Below are positions 1 to 7,502 of a stretch of 26,111 nucleotides of DNA, one piece after another. The notes below the pieces were generated by a model, which did no database searches, was not told where the DNA came from, and saw nothing but the letters and a program-made list of their open reading frames with translations. The DNA is taken from positions 1 through 26,111 of the forward strand of contig JALTLO010000027.1 of assembly GCA_027001995.1 (NCBI GenBank). The letters are read 5' to 3'. How positions within the stretch are numbered: position 1 is the first letter of the stretch; every line of letters starts with the position of its first letter. The position numbers and the translations under genes were made by a program. The stretch comes from Planctomycetota bacterium. Its GTDB lineage: Bacteria; Planctomycetota; GCA-002687715; DRQF01.

Positions 1-1
1 G

Positions 2-148
2 ACGGGCTCTGCCGGCTGGAAGCTCCCGGAATCATCCGCCCCAGCGCCCCGCACCAAACCCGAACGGGCCCCTAACCATCGCACGGGTAAACAGCCCAAC
101 GTCAAAACCAAAGATGGTGATGACGCCGGTTTCGGTGATGGCGTTTAG
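2..148 (+). CDS. 3' end of an upstream gene (partial, low-complexity C-terminal tail)
   Basis: Frame 2 is open from the window edge to TAG at 146-148 (TGSAGWKLPESSAPAPRTKPERAPNHRTGKQPNVKTKDGDDAGFGDGV*) and ends just before the next gene. Product not identifiable. Confidence 0.5.
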   Translation, partial: TGSAGWKLPESSAPAPRTKPERAPNHRTGKQPNVKTKDGDDAGFGDGV

Positions 149-170
149 ATAGGTGGAGATGGAGAAGGGG

Positions 171-1145
171 ATGAGCCCAGAAGCACCTTACGTTTCCGTG
201 TTCATCCCCATCTATAACGGCGGTCCATTGTTCCGCCGGGTCCTCCAATCCATCTTCGATCAAGAGGTCGATTTCTCCTTCGAAGTGGTCTGCATCGATT
301 CCGGCTCAACGGATGAGACCTTGTCGATCTGCGAAGAGTTCCCTGTTCGCCTCACGAAAATCCCAAACACAGAATTCAACCACGGCCTTACCCGCAACCG
401 GGGCGCCCAAGAAGCTCGGGGTGAGATTCTCATCCTCTTGGTGCAAGATGCAGTTCCTCACGGCAAGGATTGGATGGCCACCTTCGTCTCCAACTTTGCA
501 GACCCAGAGGTGGCCGGAGCCTATTGCCACCAAATCCCCCACTCCAATTGCGGCCCGTTCTTGCGTGACCGTCTGAAAGGTTGGGTGTCTGGCCAGGGGA
601 AACAAGTCGTGAAGCAAGTGCAGGACAACATGGACTTTGAACTGTTGCCCCCTCTCGACCGCTGGCGAACCATCGCATTTGATAATGTCTGCTCTGCTGT
701 GCGACGCACGTTGATCCCCACCCTGCCCTTCGTAAAACGTCAATTCGGCGAAGACATCACTTGGGCCAAAAGTGCGATCTTTGCGGGACACAAAGTCGTG
801 CAAGATCCCCGTTGCGCCGTTGAACATTCTCACAATAATTCCATCTGGTATGAATTCCGTCGCGCTTACTTAGACCATCAAAACATCCACAATCTGACGG
901 GCCTCAGGCTCGCTGATAATTGGCACAGGATCATGGAATACACCGGCTCCTTGGCCAACCATCTCTATCAAGTGGTATGGGATGATGAAGAGAGTAATCT
1001 CTTGCAGAAGATGTGGTGGACCAGCAAAATCCCCTACTTCGCGTTTAGTCAAAATTTAGCCCAATTCATGGGGCCTACTTCAGATCGCCACAAGAAAAAG
1101 GGTGTCTGGAGCATATTGGACCGAGTCATTCGCAAAGGCATCTAA
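171..1145 (+). CDS. Glycosyltransferase family 2 protein (rhamnosyltransferase-like)
   Basis: GT2 N-terminus VSVFIPIYNG, IDSGSTDET, FNHGLTRNRG, LVQDA (DxD-like), FGED. Possible starts at 153, 159 or 171; 171 has GGAG 6 nt upstream. Confidence 0.9.
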   Translation: MSPEAPYVSVFIPIYNGGPLFRRVLQSIFDQEVDFSFEVVCIDSGSTDETLSICEEFPVRLTKIPNTEFNHGLTRNRGAQEARGEILILLVQDAVPHGKDWMATFVSNFADPEVAGAYCHQIPHSNCGPFLRDRLKGWVSGQGKQVVKQVQDNMDFELLPPLDRWRTIAFDNVCSAVRRTLIPTLPFVKRQFGEDITWAKSAIFAGHKVVQDPRCAVEHSHNNSIWYEFRRAYLDHQNIHNLTGLRLADNWHRIMEYTGSLANHLYQVVWDDEESNLLQKMWWTSKIPYFAFSQNLAQFMGPTSDRHKKKGVWSILDRVIRKGI

Positions 1146-1158
1146 CAATATCTTGGAG

Positions 1159-1671
1159 ATGAGGCTTGTGATTGAAACCGAAAGACTGCGTATCGTCCCC
1201 TGCGACTTGAAAATCTTCGATGCCCTGGCCAAAGGAAAAGAACATTTGGGCATTCTCCTCAGCGCCCGAGTCCCAGATTCCTGGCCACTCTTCCCTGAAT
1301 CCATCTCTTACTTCCACGAGCCCCTCAAGACCGACCCAGAGCTCCTGGGCTGGGGTACATGGATTGTGATAGACAAAGAATCCAACACCGTCATTGGCGA
1401 AGGGGGCTACGGCGGGAAACCCGGGGAGGAAGGCCAAGTCGAAATCGGCTATGGCATCACCCCCGAGCAAAGAGGAAAAGGACTGGCCACGGAGTTCGCT
1501 CAGGCTCTCATCACCCAAGCGTTCTCAGACAGCCGGGTCACCCGCATCGAAGCCGGCACCCTCAAGAAAGGCGACGAGGCCTTGGCCTCCATGCGCGTTC
1601 TCGAAAAATTAGGTTTCAGCAGAGCAAGAGAAACGGAATCCACCCACCGCTGGGAATTGACAAGAGGTTGA
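1159..1671 (+). CDS. GNAT family N-acetyltransferase (RimJ/RimL-like)
   Basis: IETERL start, VEIGYGI, acetyl-CoA motif QRGKGLATE, and ASMRVLEKLGF. ATG 1159 avoids overlap with the GT2 gene. Confidence 0.9.
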   Translation: MRLVIETERLRIVPCDLKIFDALAKGKEHLGILLSARVPDSWPLFPESISYFHEPLKTDPELLGWGTWIVIDKESNTVIGEGGYGGKPGEEGQVEIGYGITPEQRGKGLATEFAQALITQAFSDSRVTRIEAGTLKKGDEALASMRVLEKLGFSRARETESTHRWELTRG

Positions 1672-1891
1672 GGGCAAGCCGAAAGGGCTCGTGCTGCAAG
1701 AGCTCACAGGTTAGCGGACTCTTAGCACTCCAAGTTGAATACTGCGTCAGCAAGGTGGAAAACAGTGCAATCTATGGCTAAACAACCTCCGCCAAATTTT
1801 TCCGAATAGGACGAGGATGTCTTGCCCTATTTCGGAGCAATGCGATACCAGGGACCTCTTGATCACAGCAAAAATTTGGCGGGAAGAGGGC

Positions 1892-1939
1892 AAAATAAAA
1901 AAGGCGCCCCGAGGTTGGTTCTGCCAACAACGAGGCGCC
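1892..1939 (-). terminator. Intrinsic terminator-like hairpin, minus strand
   Basis: Minus strand reads GGCGCCTCG-TT-GTTGG-CAGAA-CCAAC-CT-CGGGGCGCC followed by TTTTTTATTTT. Stems of 9 bp (one G-U) and 5 bp. Confidence 0.65.
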
Positions 1940-2765
1940 AAGACTGCCAAGTTTCTCTTGATTCCCCTGAGAGAAACCGGCGTACCGATGGAGCCGGAGT
2001 GAGGGTCGGACCTGGTCATTCGACCTCCGGCTCTAGTTCTAAGCACGAGCCACTCCAGGCCCTTCGCACGATCAGCGTTACTGAGAGGAACTTCTCAATG
2101 AGAAAGACCTCACTCGCTACATCAACGCAAAACGGAGACCAAGAACCAGAAAAATGCCAAAGCTAAGGCCCAACCCCTTTGGATTCTCAAGACGACAATT
2201 CGAAGCGCATGGATGCGACGGACGCCGCGACCATAAATGCCTCGTAGAACGAGACTAAAGACAAAACAAGAAGGCAAATAAACAACCCCAAGTTGTCCTC
2301 GGGGTGGCCGGACAAACAGAGAGCAGCCTGACTCAAAGGGGGCAAGACGGTCAAACCGCGACAGAAGATGTCCGGGTTCCGGACACAGTGTACCGACTCA
2401 TGGCCTTGTCGATTCCTTCAAAAGCGCAGCCAGCTCGACAACGGATGAAACCGGAGAAGAACAAGTCTTCTCGAAGCAAACATAGGCGACCGATGAAATG
2501 GAATCTGAATACGCGGTGGCAAAGTAGGGCTTCTCCTGTGAGGCTGGATCCCACCATGAAACCTTCTTGTAGGTAAATGAGAATCACTTCGCGACATCGA
2601 ATAGAGCGCGACACTGGACATCTGATTTGGGACCAACAATAGTAATCACTAACGGTTCACCGGCGCATTCTGGGGATGTCCCTATTTCCGTTGAAATGAG
2701 ATGACATCGGTGGTTCCGGGTAACCTGGAGTTGAATGACAACCAGAAACCCAAGGAGGAACCACC

Positions 2766-2930
2766 GTGTCAAAGAAGAAGTACCGTAAGAAGACGACGAG
2801 GTCCATCCAAATTAGGAACGTTGACGAGTTCCGTGCCAGTCACCGAAGCCCTGTCGGCGCAAACCGAAAAGCCGAGTCGGCCTATCTCCGTCCGCTGACG
2901 TTCGCCTGGCCGCAAATTGACGTCGGCTGA
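2766..2930 (+). CDS. Small basic hypothetical protein, 54 aa (not in ORF track)
   Basis: Strong SD AAGGAGG at 2752-2758, 7 nt before GTG. MSKKKYRKKTTRSIQIRNVDEFRASHRSPVGANRKAESAYLRPLTFAWPQIDVG*. Confidence 0.5.
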   Translation: MSKKKYRKKTTRSIQIRNVDEFRASHRSPVGANRKAESAYLRPLTFAWPQIDVG

Positions 2931-2975
2931 CTTTTTGCACGCTACGGCCACTCATGTGACCACGAAAACGATCGA

Positions 2976-3278
2976 TTATGGCCAGTCTTGATAGATTGCG
3001 CAAACAATCTCCCCTATTCTTTTCTTCTGTTTATCGAGAACTACTGCTACGGCCTGGCCTCCTCCAATTTTATTCATCTCTTTGTATTGAACGGTAATGT
3101 TGGCCGAACTCGCAGTCACTGGGCTCACTTGCGAAAGCCGAGATCCGTGTCGATCAAGGAGAAAGCAAGAATCGGCCATTGGGAATGCCCCGGTTGAAAA
3201 TTTGCAATCCCCATCCCTAGTTGCAACCACCATGACAATATCAGTAGTCACATTTCTGTCGGATTCGCTTTGTATCAT
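2976..3278 (-). CDS. Hypothetical protein (~100 aa)
   Basis: Protein-like composition (NITVQYKEMNKIGGGQAVAVVLDKQKKRIGEIVCAIYQDWP). Fits without overlap between the convergent 54-aa ORF and the divergent 3580 gene. Start is ATG 3278 or TTG 3326. Confidence 0.45.
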   Translation of the reverse strand: MIQSESDRNVTTDIVMVVATRDGDCKFSTGAFPMADSCFLLDRHGSRLSQVSPVTASSANITVQYKEMNKIGGGQAVAVVLDKQKKRIGEIVCAIYQDWP

Positions 3279-3579
3279 GACAAGGCCGCGTGCGGGCAAA
3301 GCTAGCCCCGGGCTTTGGAATTCCAAGTGAATCGGGGGGCGTCAAGCTCCGGGCCCAATTGCACTCGAAGCCGACACGGCAATTGCCAAAAGGAAACAAT
3401 CTCCGTACGAAACCCCTTCTCCAAAAGAGGCACGCCTTTGCCACCGACCGCGTTATTCGTCTTCAATTTTCCGGCCAAGTCGGCTCATCGCGATACCCGG
3501 CGCAAAAGGCGAATCCGGCGAGTCAGAATCGGGGTTTTTTTTGAGGAACAAGGACAAGAAAAGAAGGTATCATTGACCC

Positions 3580-4635
3580 ATGAAACGCTACATCACACTC
3601 GTCTCCTCCCTCACTTTGGCCATCGCGTCCTTAGTGGCCATGGGCTCACACCAAAAAGAACTCAAAACCGGCCGAGACAACCCGGTGGAGTTAGGGACCG
3701 TTTCTTGGCAAAGAGATCTGAATAAGGGGATCGCCCGGGCCAAGAAAACGGGTCGGGACATTTTCCTTTTGTTTCAAGAAGTGCCTGGCTGAAAGGGCTG
3801 CAAAGACTTCGGCACTCAAGTTTTGAGTGACCCACAAATCGTCGATGCCATCGAAGGCCATTACGTTCCTGTTTGCATCTACAACAACATCAAGGGAAAA
3901 GATGCTCAAGTACTTTCCTACTTCAAGGAGGCTACCTGGAATTATCCTGTCACCCGAATTGTCGACTTGAATCGCAAAGATGTTGTGGCGAGAAGCAGCA
4001 ATTGGCGCAATGGCCGAGGAGTCGTGAAGCAACTCATCTCTGCCATGAAAGCCCGCAACAAAACCCTCCCCGGCTACTTAGAACTCATGGCGCTCAATAA
4101 CAAGAAGAATGGCTACGAAACGGCTGTCTTTGGCATGTCATGATATTGGGTGGGTGAGGCCGAGTTCGGTCTCAAGAAAGGAATCATTTCAACCCGCCCA
4201 GGTTGGTTAGGTAGCGTCGAAGTCGTGGAGGTAAAATTCGATCCTGGCGTCACTTCCTTTGAAGACTTGGCGAGACATGCAGCGAAGAAACGCTGCGCTC
4301 AACCCATCTTCGCCTGCAATGACAAACAAATGAAAACTGCCAAGGTGTTCACTTCTCAAGTGAAACCCAGAGGCCAGAAGAGCATTCGTTGGGTAAAAGA
4401 CAACAAGTACTACATGAGCCAAGGTTCTCTGAAGTACTTACCCCTCACGAAAACGCAGGCAACCCGAATCAACGCCGGTCTCACTCAAGCCAGCTATTGG
4501 CTTTCTCCCAGCCAGAGAAGAATGCTCAAAACAATCAAAGCTCACCCCAGAGCGGGATGGCCATCAGCCATTGGCAAGCCCTTTCTGGAATCCTGGGCAG
4601 CAGCAAGAAAAATCGCAAACAAGCTGAAGAGCTGA
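3580..4635 (+). CDS. Putative exported double selenoprotein: thioredoxin-like VPGUxxC domain plus MsrA-like domain (Sec71, Sec188), 351 aa
   Basis: Three track ORFs share one frame and the only internal stops are TGA 3790-3792 and TGA 4141-4143. Read-through gives LFQEVPG-U-KGCKDFGTQVLSDP and TAVFGMS-U-YWVGEAEFG...EVVEVKFDPGVTSFEDL (compare MsrA FxxGCFWGxE...EvVxVxfDPxxiSyxeL). N-terminus is signal-peptide-like. Hairpins follow both TGAs. Confidence 0.88.
3793..3833 (+). promoter_or_regulatory. Candidate bacterial SECIS element 1
   Basis: Two alternative stems after the TGA. One is AAGACUU/AAGUUUU (3803-3809/3818-3824), loop CGGCACUC starting 17 nt after the UGA. The other is CACUCA/UGAGUG (3813-3818/3824-3829), loop AGUUU. 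Both have G at loop position 2. Confidence 0.55.
4144..4200 (+). promoter_or_regulatory. Candidate bacterial SECIS element 2
   Basis: UGAGGCCG(4155-4162)-AGUU-CGGUCUCA(4167-4174): 8-bp stem, loop 19 nt after the UGA, G at loop position 2. A lower stem UGGGUGGG(4147-4154)/CCCGCCCA(4193-4200) is also possible. Confidence 0.7.
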
Positions 4636-4674
4636 GCCACGAAGACAACGTGGACGAAGGAGGGTCACCAAAGT

Positions 4675-5925
4675 TCATTCTGACTTGGAGTTGGCCAGAT
4701 CAAATCGGTCCAGGGCTTTCTGCCCTGGCCACCAGAATGATCGCCGCCAGATCATGACCCCAGCCTTGGTAGCAGCCAATTGGTCGGATCGGCTTGGCAC
4801 CCGGTCAAAAGGAAATGGCCAGCCAGAAGAACCATAGTGGCACCAAACCCCCACTTGGTTGCCACCTCCAATTCCACTGACGCATCTTTGAAGAAATGTA
4901 CCGCGACTCAAACCCCCTTTGCCACTGTCTCCCCGCAAGACGAAATCGCAATGGGTGTCAATAAATGGAGCGGTGATTCTGGGAGACCCAAATGGTTGGT
5001 CAGAGCCATTCAGATAGATGATCTTGTTTGGACCCAGTTGACGGCGGAGTGCTCGGATGAACGATCGCTGCTCAAGAAAATTACCCCTCAAACCGTCAAC
5101 ATAAAAGCCATCCAAGTCATAGAGCGAACGGAGTCGTTGCAACTCCTCTAACATGTTGTGACTCAGAGAATAGCGGGGAGAAACATAGGGGAGAAAACGC
5201 ATGCCATGGTTGTGCACATCCTCGATCGTTCGCCGAAACTGCTCTTCGTTCAAAGGCTCATGAAAGGCCGAGTGCCAAGGGTTCGGACGAAATCGGTAGC
5301 GGCTGAAACGAGGTCGAGCCTCGGGGAATTCCTCCTGCCAAAAATAGCCGTGCAAAGCAAAAATTTGAGCCTGTTGGCTAACAGCAGCAATGAGATCAGG
5401 ATGAGGAAGTTCTTCCCCGGATCGGGGCCTTCCCTCATGAGCAATTTGAACCCCTGCCAAAGTGGGATTGGGTAAACGCGGGGGAAAGACATGAAAGAAA
5501 AGAGACGCGTCTTGATCAATGGTGAATCGAGTAGGAGTGTCGAAACGATTCGACTGGCCTTTGAGCCGATAGACCCCACAGCCAAAGCCCTCACCTCGGT
5601 AATCAGCGGCCTGATCATTCGCCTCGAAAGAGCGCAGAGTAAAGAGCAAGGTCATCTTGGCAGACCAGGGCTCCTCTGAGGCGAATTCCACAAAACCATC
5701 CTCACAAATTTTGATGGCCTGAAGCCCACGCTTGAGCATCACTTCGGCGATGGATTCCTGGGCTATGTGCCAAGGTCCTGAGCCCTCCAGTTGCCATGTG
5801 ACCACTTCCGACCTTAAGGGCATCTTAGTCGTCACGGTCATGGAGTTCCCCGTGCAAGAAAAAGTCGCGCCAGTTGTGTCCACCACAACCATCTCACCCT
5901 CGCGCCGAATCTCATCAATCCTCAT
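4675..5925 (-). CDS. Putative glycoside-hydrolase-like (TIM-barrel) protein
   Basis: FRRTIEDVHNHGMRFLPY...YDLDGFYVDG pattern typical of GH TIM barrels, with a beta-rich N-terminus. ATG 5925 overlaps the upstream stop by 11 nt. Family uncertain. Confidence 0.55.
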   Translation of the reverse strand: MRIDEIRREGEMVVVDTTGATFSCTGNSMTVTTKMPLRSEVVTWQLEGSGPWHIAQESIAEVMLKRGLQAIKICEDGFVEFASEEPWSAKMTLLFTLRSFEANDQAADYRGEGFGCGVYRLKGQSNRFDTPTRFTIDQDASLFFHVFPPRLPNPTLAGVQIAHEGRPRSGEELPHPDLIAAVSQQAQIFALHGYFWQEEFPEARPRFSRYRFRPNPWHSAFHEPLNEEQFRRTIEDVHNHGMRFLPYVSPRYSLSHNMLEELQRLRSLYDLDGFYVDGLRGNFLEQRSFIRALRRQLGPNKIIYLNGSDQPFGSPRITAPFIDTHCDFVLRGDSGKGGLSRGTFLQRCVSGIGGGNQVGVWCHYGSSGWPFPFDRVPSRSDQLAATKAGVMIWRRSFWWPGQKALDRFDLANSKSE

Positions 5926-6904
5926 GGGAAGAAGAGACCTTTCGGCTAAGTGCGCCCAGTTGAGGAACAACCCAGGGCGACATCACTTCAGTGGCACTCA
6001 CCAAAGACTCCCGCAAGCGCTCACCTTTCCCTAATTGCGTGAAGACAATTTTGGGCTCATCTTCTTTCTGGCCCCACAGGGCATGGGCTCGATGAGCCAG
6101 ATCGAGAATCTTGATAGAAGTATGTTCCGTCGGCACGATGGTCCCTTTGAGCTGATAAACCAAAGTCGCCTCAATGGCATCGCAGGCATATGAGCTGGAG
6201 ATAAACAGCCGCTCCGCCCCGCGGTCTGTTACGGTGATAGGATTGCCTAACTTCACTTGCCGTCGAAAGATCTGGGCAACGCTCCCATCACTTCCCATCA
6301 CATTCGGCAAGCGTACAATACTCAAGACGACATTATCCTCCGCAAGGCTCTTCATCTCCTCTAACTTATTCTCAGCTTCTGCCTTGGATCGGCCCATGAC
6401 ACATTTTGAATTTACAGCTTTATCTGTGGACAGAAAAACGAATTGCTTAGCCGCGTTCCTGACAGCTTGAGAATAGAGATGCAGAGTGTGATCTAAGTTA
6501 TTGCGCTGGCATTCCCCCTCATTCGCCTCCATCAAGCCCACATGCTTATGGGCCGCGCAGTGGACAACGGACGTGAAAGGTTGCCTTTCAAAGGCATCGC
6601 CAACAGCATGGTAGTCACCAAGGTTGAGAACCAAGTAGCTGGGCTCATTCTTGATTCCTAACTCAGAACACGATTGCTGCAATTGGAAGAGCCCCTTTTC
6701 GCTCTTATCCAAGGCAGCCACTTGATGGCCAGCCTGAAGAAATCGTAGGACCATTTCCCGGCCGAGACTCCCGGCTGCCCCGGTGACCAAAATAGTTTGG
6801 GGGCGTATGGCCTCCAAGTCGATGGAGACCAAGTCCCGGCCCAATAGGTAGGCAGTTTCCTCGGGGGTGAGGGGCACGTCAAAGCCTGGGTCCTCAAGTT
6901 TCAT
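5915..6904 (-). CDS. Nucleotide-sugar 4,6-dehydratase, CapD/PglF-like SDR domain without membrane N-terminus
   Basis: ILVTGAAGSLG, HCAAHKHV, STDKAV, MGRSK, VRLPNVMGSDGSV, GERLRESL. Confidence 0.88.
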   Translation of the reverse strand: MKLEDPGFDVPLTPEETAYLLGRDLVSIDLEAIRPQTILVTGAAGSLGREMVLRFLQAGHQVAALDKSEKGLFQLQQSCSELGIKNEPSYLVLNLGDYHAVGDAFERQPFTSVVHCAAHKHVGLMEANEGECQRNNLDHTLHLYSQAVRNAAKQFVFLSTDKAVNSKCVMGRSKAEAENKLEEMKSLAEDNVVLSIVRLPNVMGSDGSVAQIFRRQVKLGNPITVTDRGAERLFISSSYACDAIEATLVYQLKGTIVPTEHTSIKILDLAHRAHALWGQKEDEPKIVFTQLGKGERLRESLVSATEVMSPWVVPQLGALSRKVSSSHED

Positions 6905-7502
6905 AACGCTTCTTTCCCAAGAGAACAGTCAGGGTTTGAAGGAGCAAGATAAAGTCACTTAAGAAAGTGGCGTTCTTCAAGTAAGCCGCTGAGAGCTCGA
7001 GTTTTTGCGGTTGAATTTCTTTCATGTAATATCCCTCTGGATCGGATTGGCCAAGCAATCGAGACTCCTCATCCAGGAATGCCAAAGTAGCGGGATCCGT
7101 CAACCCAGGCCGCACTGATAGAACGTATTCTTGCAAAGGGTGAGCCAGATTTATCAGCCCTACAGACTCTGGCCTTGGGCCCACCAAGCTCATTTGACCC
7201 CAGGCCACATGAATAAGTTGAGGCAACTCGTCCAGTCTATGCCTTCTCAAGAATCGCCCCAATGATGTTTGCCGCGAATCATCACCAGCGGTGACTTGAG
7301 GCCCCGAACCTGACGTCATGGTTTGAAACTTGAAGAGAGTGAAGATTCGCCCGCCTCTTCCCACACGCTGAGAAAAATAGAAGGGGGACTGCTGATCGCA
7401 AACAAGGATGAGCAATGAGATAAACGCCAAAAGAGGTATGAGGAGTGCCAGAGCAGTGACCGAAACCCCGAAGTCAAAGAGTCGCTTTGCCCAAGTGCTC
7501 AT
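6894..7502 (-). CDS. Sugar transferase (PglC/WcaJ-type phosphoglycosyl transferase)
   Basis: KRLFD, single hydrophobic helix, QRVGRGG, FKFQTM, RLDELPQL, MSLVGPRPE, VRPGLT. ATGA overlap with the upstream gene. Confidence 0.92.
   Translation of the reverse strand: MSTWAKRLFDFGVSVTALALLIPLLAFISLLILVCDQQSPFYFSQRVGRGGRIFTLFKFQTMTSGSGPQVTAGDDSRQTSLGRFLRRHRLDELPQLIHVAWGQMSLVGPRPESVGLINLAHPLQEYVLSVRPGLTDPATLAFLDEESRLLGQSDPEGYYMKEIQPQKLELSAAYLKNATFLSDFILLLQTLTVLLGKKRYET

Noticed and set aside
1670..1730. c-di-GMP-I riboswitch (GGGCAA...GAAA hairpin)
   Set aside because: Only superficial resemblance; the GACGCAAAG junction and second stem are not evident.
1722..1748. CIRCE element
   Set aside because: Left arm TTAGCACTC is perfect but the right arm (TACTGCGTC) does not match GAGTGCTAA, and no chaperone gene follows.
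2928..3197. Read-through of the 54-aa ORF TGA into the in-frame ORF 2988-3197
   Set aside because: No Cys/Sec motif context or clear SECIS. The extension is not protein-like and overlaps the more plausible minus-strand ORF.
3531..3542. Recurring G-rich plus T7-8 tract (also near 10420 and 21596)
   Set aside because: No preceding stem, low complexity, and explained by ordinary intergenic T-tracts.
3580..4635. Pseudogene, three separate genes, or UGA=Trp/Gly alternative genetic code
   Set aside because: Both stops are TGA at catalytic-Cys positions with downstream hairpins and no frameshift. Many other genes here end at TGA with ATGA/GTGA overlaps and use TGG for Trp, so the code is standard.
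4633..4683. Third Sec at the terminal TGA (hairpin CCACG/CGTGG follows)
   Set aside because: The loop is only about 6 nt from the UGA, there is no redox motif, and the extension would be 15 aa running into the convergent gene.
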